The position numbers and the translations under genes are program-made. From NCBI GenBank assembly GCA_044440125.1, contig JBITAJ010000004.1:32001-96000 (forward strand): a stretch of DNA of 64,000 nucleotides, read 5' to 3'. Position 1 is the first letter of the stretch. Each line of letters begins with the position of its first letter. This stretch comes from Sedimentisphaeraceae bacterium JB056. GTDB lineage: Bacteria; Planctomycetota; Phycisphaerae; Sedimentisphaerales; Sedimentisphaeraceae. The notes beneath the pieces were generated by a model. The model saw nothing but the letters and a program-made list of their open reading frames with translations. It did no database searches and was not told the DNA's origin. Positions 49,579 through 58,067 of the stretch are shown here, piece after piece.

Positions 49579-50505
49579 ATGTTAAATAAAAACACTCACT
49601 ATAAACACCCTGCCGCATTCACGTTAATAGAACTCCTCGTAGTTATTTCTATAATAGCTCTGTTAATGGCTATAATGATGCCAACACTTAGCAGTGCAAG
49701 AAACCAGGCAAAAGTAGTAACCTGCAAAGCCAACTCCAAACAAATAGCAACACTCGTGAACCTGTATCAAACTGACTGGGAAGGTTACGCTCCTGTTGTC
49801 CTTAATTTATGGTCTCTTCCTTATGCTCCACCTAAAGGTGTAAACCTTTCCGTTGCATTAATGGATTACACAGATATCAAACTCCCAGGGACTTGGAATA
49901 TAAATGACTTTTTCTTTGGCGGACCTGGTCGCGTATCAGAATATTATGAGGAATATTTACCTAAATATTTCGTATGCCCTTGCAACCGAGGCAAAGAATA
50001 TAATGCAGATCAACACTGGAAAGAAAGCGGAAGTATATCAATTGCCGGACAAAGATACAAAACATACATAATGTCAACCTTCACTGAAACATACGGAACA
50101 TTTCTTTGGCCAAAAGAAAAAAATGACGAAATTTGCAGTTTGGGAACAAGTGAAGAAGATGGTATACGTAAACACGGAGTTCTTAACTGGTGGAATCATC
50201 AAACAGCACCAAAATCAGGTAGCAACCTAAGCCCTTTAAGCAACTATTCCGCTCTTACCCCCGTAAGATGGTCAACACGAGAGGTAAAAGAAACAAATGC
50301 CTCTTCACTCGGTGACGCAACAATATTTTATTGCGGAGCAGGTGAATTTCTCGGTTCAGATGGAACTGCAAGTTCAAACGGCAACACTGGCGTATCCATA
50401 ATGAATCCGGGCCAGCATAAAACAGGCAGCTCTGGAGGTACTATAGCCGCATTCGGCGACATGCATATAGAATGGGTTAAAGGCACCAGAATCGGCGACA
50501 AATAA
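49579..50505 (+). CDS. Prepilin-type N-terminal cleavage/methylation domain protein (DUF1559-like)
   Basis: PAAFTLIELLVVISIIALLMAIMMPTL..AR..A....C..N; FVCPC; C-terminal H....GGTIAAFGDMHIEW. Confidence 0.85.
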   Translation: MLNKNTHYKHPAAFTLIELLVVISIIALLMAIMMPTLSSARNQAKVVTCKANSKQIATLVNLYQTDWEGYAPVVLNLWSLPYAPPKGVNLSVALMDYTDIKLPGTWNINDFFFGGPGRVSEYYEEYLPKYFVCPCNRGKEYNADQHWKESGSISIAGQRYKTYIMSTFTETYGTFLWPKEKNDEICSLGTSEEDGIRKHGVLNWWNHQTAPKSGSNLSPLSNYSALTPVRWSTREVKETNASSLGDATIFYCGAGEFLGSDGTASSNGNTGVSIMNPGQHKTGSSGGTIAAFGDMHIEWVKGTRIGDK

Positions 50506-50545
50506 CACTCACAGGCATCTGAAAATCTTGACAAAAAGGTACTCC

Positions 50546-53038
50546 ATGCGTAAGGTTATAATTATATATCTGACAGTTTTTATCCATTTTCAATCAATAG
50601 CCTCCACTCCTGTGCTTAAAAGCGGCAAACCTATACAGAATACTAATTCCGCAGCACCATTCAGAGGCCCAGGCCTGGGCAACAAACTAATAGGAACAGC
50701 TTTTACAAGTCCTTCAAACAATAATAGACCTGACATATTCATACAGCACACGGTTCCACTAAAATGGAACAAAGAAGTATTGCTTTACCGATGGCAATAC
50801 GACACAGAGGACGGACGACCGGTATTCGACAGCGGCACGGTAATAACGCATCAAATAGCAAAACAATACACCCCAAGATACCTCTTTCAAACTAAAGATC
50901 ATTCAATACATTGCATATGGACAGACAGTAAAAGTATGATTTACTCCATACTTGATATTAAAGAACTAACTTTTAAGGAAACTGACAAATTTGATGTAAC
51001 ACAAACACCTCAAATTAACAACACCATGACAGCCTTGTCAAACTTTGATGGTTCAACAAATTTGATATTTTCTGTATCTCACGGCAATTATATGGGTTGG
51101 CAAGCATTAAAAATGCACACACGAGGAAATGTTTACGACCCGTTCGATGGGGCTGGTATTTGGAGAGGAGAAATGCCAACTGCCGACCTTTATACAATAT
51201 CCTTAACTGATATTCAGCAAAACAAAGCTAATAGCTTAAAAAAAATAACATCCTCATCAGAGTCTGTTTTACTTCATCATGGCTGGTCGATGACAACTGT
51301 AAATCTCGGCAAAGGACACGAAAGAGACATTATAACCGGAAGCATGCTCGGCAACTTCTACTATTTCCAAAATATTTCACTAACAAACATAGAAATAGCT
51401 AAATCAGGATACATAATAGACCCTCAATACACTGCCATACGACATCCCGCCAACAGTCCATCTCCAATAGCATATCCAAATTTCAAAACCGGTCTATCTG
51501 ATCTACTGGTAACAAGCGAAGGTTGGATGTCTTATTATCAGTTCACAGGTGAATTCAAAGATGAGATGCCGGTATATAAAGCTTTGGGACCAGCCTTAAA
51601 AGTTGATGGCGAACTTACATTCGGCACACTCCCCGTTATCAATGTAGTTGACTGGAACGGCGACAATCTACCCGATATCATATCAGGTAATTCTCACGGC
51701 ACAGTACTATTGGCAGAAAATAAAGGCACTAAGGATAAACCGTGTTTTATCACAGGAAAAAAACTTACTGTAAACAATACGCCTATTTTGATACAACCCG
51801 GATACAGCGGCTCAATACAAGGACCTATGGAAGCACGTTGGGGATACACTTGCCCTACAGTAACCGACTGGAACAGTGATGGCTTGCCGGATATGCTTCT
51901 TTCGAGCACAGAAGGAAGACACCTTGTTTATATCAACAATGGCACAAAAGAACAACCCAACCTAACTGCTCCCACCCCTCTTTACTGTAATGGACTTGAT
52001 CTTCACGGCACATGGAGAGTTCAGGCTGCCGTAGGTGAAATTAAAAAACAAATGGCCTACATCACGCTTGACGATCAGGATGAATTCCACCTTTATTGGA
52101 GAATAGACGACTATAACGTACGTGATGGTGGCAAGCTTCATCTAACTGACGGCTCAGTTATACAAGCAAATTATCGCTACGCCGGCGGCACCGGTAGACT
52201 CAAACTACACTTAGCAGACTGGGATCAAGATGGTCATAAAGATCTTATTGTAGGAACAATGTTGGAAAGCTCTGTACCTTGTAAAAAAAGTGGGTTGCCA
52301 AGCTCATTGGGGAATGTTGGAGCAATGCCTTTGTTTCTGCGAAATTCAGGCTCCGAAGAGCTTAAATTTGAGAATCCAAGAGTATTTCAGTTTAATGACA
52401 AGCATATTCTCCTCGGCATCCATAGCTGCTCACCTGTGGTTGCTGATCTTGACAATGATAAGAAACTTGATTTGATTGTCGGAGAAGAAACAGGACGCGT
52501 ATTATTTTACGCACATGACGAGATCACCTTTTCAAACGTCAAATTACTCGATAACATTGTACCCAATTGTATATGGCAGAAAACAACCATCGACAGTTCT
52601 TGGCACAACAACTTAAACTGGTGGCGAGGTATCCCGGATAAAAAATCAAATGCAATTATAAAAAATAAAACCTCAATAGTATTAGACGCAATGAATACTT
52701 ATTGCAAAAATCTGTCTTTATCTGGCAATTCATCCTTAACTATTGACAAAAAACAAATACTAAACATTTTTGATAAACTTACATTAGAAGCCCAAGCCCC
52801 GGAAAAATCAAATATAATCATAAATGGCGGCAAACTTAAAGCATCAATAATTGACTTCAAATCATCGAATAATAACATAACTATATCGCAAGGTAACATA
52901 ATAACCAAAATAGAAAGCAGAAAAAAAATAGAAGAATATATAGCAAAGGGAAATATAAGAGCGTCATCCCCCAAAGATGATATATCAATTACAACCAATG
53001 GGAAGCTTATATTCATATCAGTATCTTCAAAGAACTAA
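50546..53038 (+). CDS. Secreted FG-GAP/VCBS beta-propeller protein
   Basis: Start MRKVII (AAGGT RBS); DWNGDNLPDII, DWNSDGLPDML, DWDQDGHKDLI, DLDNDKKLDLI; beta-rich Lys/Ile-rich C-terminal extension. Confidence 0.8.
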   Translation: MRKVIIIYLTVFIHFQSIASTPVLKSGKPIQNTNSAAPFRGPGLGNKLIGTAFTSPSNNNRPDIFIQHTVPLKWNKEVLLYRWQYDTEDGRPVFDSGTVITHQIAKQYTPRYLFQTKDHSIHCIWTDSKSMIYSILDIKELTFKETDKFDVTQTPQINNTMTALSNFDGSTNLIFSVSHGNYMGWQALKMHTRGNVYDPFDGAGIWRGEMPTADLYTISLTDIQQNKANSLKKITSSSESVLLHHGWSMTTVNLGKGHERDIITGSMLGNFYYFQNISLTNIEIAKSGYIIDPQYTAIRHPANSPSPIAYPNFKTGLSDLLVTSEGWMSYYQFTGEFKDEMPVYKALGPALKVDGELTFGTLPVINVVDWNGDNLPDIISGNSHGTVLLAENKGTKDKPCFITGKKLTVNNTPILIQPGYSGSIQGPMEARWGYTCPTVTDWNSDGLPDMLLSSTEGRHLVYINNGTKEQPNLTAPTPLYCNGLDLHGTWRVQAAVGEIKKQMAYITLDDQDEFHLYWRIDDYNVRDGGKLHLTDGSVIQANYRYAGGTGRLKLHLADWDQDGHKDLIVGTMLESSVPCKKSGLPSSLGNVGAMPLFLRNSGSEELKFENPRVFQFNDKHILLGIHSCSPVVADLDNDKKLDLIVGEETGRVLFYAHDEITFSNVKLLDNIVPNCIWQKTTIDSSWHNNLNWWRGIPDKKSNAIIKNKTSIVLDAMNTYCKNLSLSGNSSLTIDKKQILNIFDKLTLEAQAPEKSNIIINGGKLKASIIDFKSSNNNITISQGNIITKIESRKKIEEYIAKGNIRASSPKDDISITTNGKLIFISVSSKN

Positions 53039-53221
53039 TTAGAAGGGCTCCTTGAGGAACAACAAAAACAGAACAAGTTGAACACCAATCTAACTGCAAA
53101 TATATGCGTCAAGCCGCGCACGTATACTTACTGATTTCGAAGCGGCAAGACAAATTCAATTAGCAGAAAAAGAAAAAGCCTCAAAATCGCTAAAATAAGC
53201 AATTTCAAGGCCTTACAAAAA

Positions 53222-53268
53222 CACACCCACCAAGATTCGAACTTGGGACCTACGGATTAGAAATCCAT
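53222..53268 (-). pseudogene. 3' fragment of tRNA-Arg(TCT), att-site scar
   Basis: Minus strand ATGGA-TTTCTAA-TCCGT anticodon arm, AGGTC, CCAAG-TTCGAAT-CTTGG T-arm, TGGGTGT-G acceptor 3' strand. 5' half absent. Imperfect terminator-like hairpin at about 53174-53214. Confidence 0.8.
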
Positions 53269-53390
53269 TATTCGCATCATAAGCACCAATTTAACAATGA
53301 CTTAAAACGTGTTTTCAAGCAACAAATAAGGATTACAAGTAAATAACAAGTAGAGACAAACAAGACCGACAAGTCAGTATCCACTGCAAA

Positions 53391-53412
53391 TTGACGAACT
53401 TTTTGACGAACT
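53391..53412. repeat. Tandem direct repeat TTGACGAACT x2 (possible integrase arm sites)
   Basis: Copies at 53391-53400 and 53403-53412; ACAAGTA twice at 53335 and 53346. Confidence 0.55.
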
Positions 53413-53438
53413 ATCCTAAAAGCGTAATCACCTAAAAT

Positions 53439-54212
53439 TCAACAATGCAAACCTCCGTCCATTACAAGGTTTTCACCGGTAATGTATGCTGAGGCTTCTG
53501 AAGCGAAGAATACAACTACACCTTTAAGGTCGTCATCGGATGCCATCCTGCCAAGAGGAACCTTCTTTGAATACTTTTCAACAAACGCCTCAGGCTGTCC
53601 GGTAAAGAGACCACCAGGACTAATGCAGTTTACTCGTATATTTTGCGGTGCAAGCTTGCGTGCGAGATACTTCGTAAGCGACACCATACCACCCTTATGG
53701 AAATGATAGTCAGGTGGGGAATCCATATCAGTGCCTTCATAGAGCGAAAAGTCTGCCCCATAAACGCCCTGCATAGAACCAATATTAACAACCGTACCAC
53801 CGCCGCTTTGTGCCATTAAATCCGTCATCTCACGAAGGATGTCAAACATACCGGTAGCATTAATATCCATAGACTTTGCCCAAGCATCAAGCGGGTCGGT
53901 GTATTTTCTCATCGGTCTGGCTACCGCATTATTAACGAAAACGTCCAGCCTTCCAAACTCACTCTTAATTTTCTCTTTAAGCTCCATTATCGAAGCGTGG
54001 TCGGCCTGATCGGCAACCATTGCATAAGCCTTGAGCCCACGTTCTCGCAAGCTGAGAGCCAATTCTTCACCGGCATCCAGAGTTCGCGAGGCGGTTATTG
54101 CTATTGTACCAGCCTCTGCCAATGCCTGAAATATAAACTTACCATAAAGCCCTGCGCCGCCTGTAACAAGTACGACTTTATCTTCTAAACTAAACAACTT
54201 TTTTATATCCAT
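53439..54212 (-). CDS. SDR-family oxidoreductase
   Basis: VTGGAGLYG, NNA, NIGS, YHFHK (YxxxK), NCISPGG, YITGENLVMDGG. Confidence 0.92.
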   Translation of the reverse strand: MDIKKLFSLEDKVVLVTGGAGLYGKFIFQALAEAGTIAITASRTLDAGEELALSLRERGLKAYAMVADQADHASIMELKEKIKSEFGRLDVFVNNAVARPMRKYTDPLDAWAKSMDINATGMFDILREMTDLMAQSGGGTVVNIGSMQGVYGADFSLYEGTDMDSPPDYHFHKGGMVSLTKYLARKLAPQNIRVNCISPGGLFTGQPEAFVEKYSKKVPLGRMASDDDLKGVVVFFASEASAYITGENLVMDGGLHC

Positions 54213-54235
54213 CTTATCATCCAATGATTAAGTAA

Positions 54236-55186
54236 TTATATCAACCAGCCTTCACGAGACCACTTCTGGAGATCAAGAAACTCCGGGTCGGGGTAGGACA
54301 TCTTTTTAGCCTGCGACAAAACAGTTTCACTAAGACACTTGCCGCCGGTTACCTTCAGTGCCTGGTCAAGATACTCAAACTTATCAATACCAACCAGTAC
54401 GGAAGATATGCCCTTTTGTGAAAGCACAAATTTAGTAGCAAGCTCCGATAGCGTTTTCGTATCATCATCAAGCAATTCTCTATAAAGCTCACAATGCTCA
54501 TCTATTGCCTTGAGTGCAGGATGTAAAGCCCTGCGATTATCAGCCAGTATGCCCTTAAAAAGTACAGAGCGTACAACAATACCAACGCCCTTTTCGTGTG
54601 CCAACTCGAAAACTTCCTGCTGCTGCTGATCCATCAAGTTGAAAGGCAATTGGATCACATCCCAAACTCCGCTATTAATTGCCTCCAAAGACTCCTCGAC
54701 ACTGTACACAGACACTCCCAAAGACTTAGTGAGTCCTTTTTGCTTCATATCGCCAAACGATTTAACGAAGCTCTTATTCCTTTGATACTCAAGAAGCCCG
54801 TTATGAGCCATCAAAACATCAACATAATCAGTTTTGAGATTTTGCAGGCTTGTTTGAAGTGAGTCGCTTATAATGCCGTGAATATCACTATAGCTCAAAC
54901 TATTCAACTGACCAGGCTTGATATGAGCAGGCTTTGTACATATCACAACATCCTGCCTTTTATCTTCAAAAGCCTTGCCAATAAGCTCTTCACTCTTGCC
55001 GTAACCTCTGGCGGTATCAAAGAAATTGAAACCCTTCTCAAGTGAGGTGTTGAGTAAACTCACAAAATAATCATCATCTGGTCTTTGGCTACCCGCCTCA
55101 ATACCATAAGGCAAGCCGATACAAACGGCACCAAAAGAAAGCTCCGACACTTCTATACCAGTTCTTCCTAAAACATTCTTCTTCAT
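54236..55186 (-). CDS. Aldo/keto reductase
   Basis: LGRTGIEVSELSFG, FFDTARGYGKSEELIG, SLQNLKTDYVD, GVSVY, QLPFNLMD. Confidence 0.92.
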   Translation of the reverse strand: MKKNVLGRTGIEVSELSFGAVCIGLPYGIEAGSQRPDDDYFVSLLNTSLEKGFNFFDTARGYGKSEELIGKAFEDKRQDVVICTKPAHIKPGQLNSLSYSDIHGIISDSLQTSLQNLKTDYVDVLMAHNGLLEYQRNKSFVKSFGDMKQKGLTKSLGVSVYSVEESLEAINSGVWDVIQLPFNLMDQQQQEVFELAHEKGVGIVVRSVLFKGILADNRRALHPALKAIDEHCELYRELLDDDTKTLSELATKFVLSQKGISSVLVGIDKFEYLDQALKVTGGKCLSETVLSQAKKMSYPDPEFLDLQKWSREGWLI

Positions 55187-55207
55187 GATTCCCTTTTTAT
55201 TATTTCG

Positions 55208-56203
55208 TCAACTGTTAAGATTAAATAATCCGGCAGCGTTGTTGTAAAAAATATCTTCCAATTCCTCAGAATTCAATCCGCAAAAACGTGCGGCATGACA
55301 AAATGCACATAAATTCTCGTAAGCAAGAAACGTAGCCTTTGATGAATTATCATATGGGTCAATAATAATAGAATCCCAACCTGCACCAACACGCACGTAT
55401 GAACCTCTAAAACCTGAAGCTAAAACCAAATCCGTACCAAACAGTATTTTCTTACGATCAAATCCATTGAAAAGCTCCTCAAAAACACCAATGTCACAAA
55501 CTGCAGAAGTATCTATCCACAGATTATCTGCTTTAGGAAGCCTACCAATAGCCTGTCTCATATATGGAGTGATGAAACATCTTCCGCAATGCGCAAGGAT
55601 AAAATTACAATTTGGATATTTTTTAACAAGCCTCTGAATATCTTCAAGATTCTTCGCATCAGCCATCCCCGTCGGCTTTGCTAAGTGAAGCGTTATCGCT
55701 AAACCATATCTATCGGCAATCGCAATTTGGTATTCCGGAATCATCTCACAAATTGAAGCATTGTCCTGATTTACCAAATCAGCAAAACACATATAAGGCT
55801 TCAGACCGGCAGGCTTGAGTCTAACAACCTGCTCCTCTAAACAGCCAGTGGTCATTTCTGGTGTAACCAAAATCGAAAATCTGCTTCTTGAATCACTGGA
55901 GACCTCTGAGGCAACCCAATTATTTATGCCGACAGTATCGCAACCGGCAGTCGGCATTCCCATAACCAACCCCGATACTTCCACTTCAGGGAAAAGCATC
56001 AACCACCACTTCTTGAGCTTGGAATAATTAGTATTCTTCAGTAATGAATATTTCGAAACCGATACAAGACTAAAAAAATTTGGGTGAAACTTTTCATCAG
56101 AAAGATGAGAATGTGAATCAAATATTTTGCATGGCAAAAAATCCAATATTTCATTCTTATAAATAAAATCATCAATTTCATTTCTGTAAGATTCATCCTC
56201 CAT
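55208..56203 (-). CDS. Amidohydrolase-2 family protein (possible lactonase)
   Basis: DSHSH (HxH), ITLH, ILAHCGR, WIDTS, LFGTD, IFYNNA. Confidence 0.85.
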   Translation of the reverse strand: MEDESYRNEIDDFIYKNEILDFLPCKIFDSHSHLSDEKFHPNFFSLVSVSKYSLLKNTNYSKLKKWWLMLFPEVEVSGLVMGMPTAGCDTVGINNWVASEVSSDSRSRFSILVTPEMTTGCLEEQVVRLKPAGLKPYMCFADLVNQDNASICEMIPEYQIAIADRYGLAITLHLAKPTGMADAKNLEDIQRLVKKYPNCNFILAHCGRCFITPYMRQAIGRLPKADNLWIDTSAVCDIGVFEELFNGFDRKKILFGTDLVLASGFRGSYVRVGAGWDSIIIDPYDNSSKATFLAYENLCAFCHAARFCGLNSEELEDIFYNNAAGLFNLNS

Positions 56204-56205
56204 AG

Positions 56206-56637
56206 CTAAGCCTTTCTGACAGTAAGCTTACACTTCGCCTTATGGCATTTGCTCAGGTCTATTTCATATTCAAAACCCAGCGGCTCAAGAACTCTGCGGT
56301 AGAGCGTATCGCAATGCTCACAATAATGTTCGTAAGGCTGTATATGCGTCTCATTGAGCAGTCTGCCTTTGCTTGGACAATCACGCATCTCTATCGTAAA
56401 GACACCATTAGCCTCATCAAGTTCCATACGAAAATCCGCAGCTTCTTCTGTTAATGTATGACTCCAATACTCCCAACAGCCAGCTATTCCCTTTGCCTTT
56501 GCGGACTCTCTGAGATTCCTGAGGAAGTTATCGGAAAGATTTTCCCAAAACTTAACCACTTCAGCCTCGCCTCCCTTTTCATGGAGAAACCTAAACAGTT
56601 CACTGTATGCCGGTATAAAATCAGTGCATGATATCAT
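56206..56637 (-). CDS. Cys-rich hypothetical protein (V4R/ATC-hydrolase-like fold suspected)
   Basis: IEMRDCPS, YCEHC, C..C.L.V pattern; start overlaps the stop of the upstream gene (ATGA). Confidence 0.65.
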   Translation of the reverse strand: MISCTDFIPAYSELFRFLHEKGGEAEVVKFWENLSDNFLRNLRESAKAKGIAGCWEYWSHTLTEEAADFRMELDEANGVFTIEMRDCPSKGRLLNETHIQPYEHYCEHCDTLYRRVLEPLGFEYEIDLSKCHKAKCKLTVRKA

Positions 56638-57110
56638 TTACCTGCCTCCTGAGATTTCCAAAATTTTTGAACGCATTTGCCTTCGCTGCTTTTGTAGTTG
56701 CAACTGCAACAGTAACCGGCATCTTTGCAGACAGTCTCATTTACCACCTTTGTAGTAAGACAGAAGCTATCTGTACAGAAAAGACCATTCTTCTTTAGAT
56801 GGCTAACCGCCGAGCAAGCATCAATCGTCAAGACGAGCGTCTGATCTTCATAGCCAAGCTCATACTCGCCGCCTTCTCTGCTAAAAGTATCCTTCCAGTG
56901 ATTCTCAAGAGCCTTTAGCCCGTTTGCTTTCAGACTCTCGGTCAATGGCTTTAAATACGTCCTTGCAACCTGTTTAAGATATTGCTTAACAGATTCTATA
57001 CCGTAATTATCTTCAAGATATTTTATCGCGTAGCAGAGTGCCCCGTGAAAATCCTTGTGCAAATATTCATTATCAGACGCCTTGCAGTCTATTACTTTTT
57101 TATCTTTCAT
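56634..57110 (-). CDS. Cys-rich hypothetical protein, distant paralog of 56206-56637
   Basis: NEYLHKDFHG, LTIDACSA, FCLTT, GKCVQKF; same helix-then-beta layout as its neighbour. Confidence 0.65.
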   Translation of the reverse strand: MKDKKVIDCKASDNEYLHKDFHGALCYAIKYLEDNYGIESVKQYLKQVARTYLKPLTESLKANGLKALENHWKDTFSREGGEYELGYEDQTLVLTIDACSAVSHLKKNGLFCTDSFCLTTKVVNETVCKDAGYCCSCNYKSSEGKCVQKFWKSQEAGK

Positions 57111-57131
57111 TTTATCCGACCATACATATAG

Positions 57132-58040
57132 CTATAAAACATCTTTTTCTTCTTCAAGCATTTTGGCGATGTCGGCCTTAACCGATGCTGGGACATCATA
57201 GTTCAGATAACCGGCAGTCGTTGAGAATATACCCATCTGAACCAGCGTATATTTGAGACCTGTCAGCCAGCTTGTGATTTTCTTTCCGCCGTATGCAGGG
57301 TAGTATATTCGGTCGCAATGTTCCTGCAAGCCGTCAAGCTTATCAAACTCTCCTGCCTTAGCCGCATCAATCATCTGATTTGCAACAGTGCCGATTATTA
57401 TGCCGCCGCCAGCAAGGATACCATCGTAACCGGCCTTGAGATATTTTGGCATACCGAGTTCATAGCCTGTCATTACGAACAGGTCGTTGCGGGATTTTTT
57501 TGCCTCTAAAGCTATATCCATAATCTCATCATTACACGAAGAATCCTTGAATATCTTCACGTTTGGATGTGCGAGGATTTCCTTATACAGTTTAGCCGGT
57601 ATCTCTTTAGCTCCCCTGCTGTATATACCAATAGGAAGTTGAGATTTTTCCGCGGATTCGAGATAGTATTTAAGCAACGCTTCTTCGCTCATGCAGGCAG
57701 AAAACCACGGCTCAGCTATTACAGCAATATCACCGCCATCAGCTTTTACATCATTAATTTTATCTAAAACCTTTGAGTAGGAGTTGTCAGTAACCTGCAC
57801 GGCAACAAAAATATCATCACCAGCGGCTTGTGAAACAGATGAAGTAAGCTTCCTAAACTCACTTACCGGCAGATAAGGTCCTTCGCCGCAAGTACCGCCA
57901 ATAAAAATCCCCTGCTGCTTCAATCGTATATGATGTTTAACCATTCGCTCAACAGAGACAGTATCAACAGTTAAATCTTCCATCAACGGCGTAGGAGAAG
58001 CAGACCACGCCGCAGTTATAGCTTTAAGTTCTTTTTTCAT
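57132..58040 (-). CDS. DHDPS-family lyase/aldolase
   Basis: ASPTP, GIFIGGTCGEG, IGIY, KIFKDSS. Confidence 0.85.
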   Translation of the reverse strand: MKKELKAITAAWSASPTPLMEDLTVDTVSVERMVKHHIRLKQQGIFIGGTCGEGPYLPVSEFRKLTSSVSQAAGDDIFVAVQVTDNSYSKVLDKINDVKADGGDIAVIAEPWFSACMSEEALLKYYLESAEKSQLPIGIYSRGAKEIPAKLYKEILAHPNVKIFKDSSCNDEIMDIALEAKKSRNDLFVMTGYELGMPKYLKAGYDGILAGGGIIIGTVANQMIDAAKAGEFDKLDGLQEHCDRIYYPAYGGKKITSWLTGLKYTLVQMGIFSTTAGYLNYDVPASVKADIAKMLEEEKDVL

Positions 58041-58067
58041 ATTTACCACAATATCTTTCTTCTATAA

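Noticed and set aside
8017..50505. Type II secretion or type IV pilus gene cluster
   Set aside because: Only isolated prepilin-type genes; no ATPase, secretin, platform protein or prepilin peptidase in the window.
53222..53300. Intact tRNA-Arg gene
   Set aside because: The 5' half is missing and the upstream sequence cannot pair with the acceptor 3' strand.
36424..58040. dapA or nanA gene symbols for the three DHDPS-family genes
   Set aside because: Motifs diverge from the canonical GTTGE/GSTGE and the context is catabolic; the substrate cannot be fixed from sequence.
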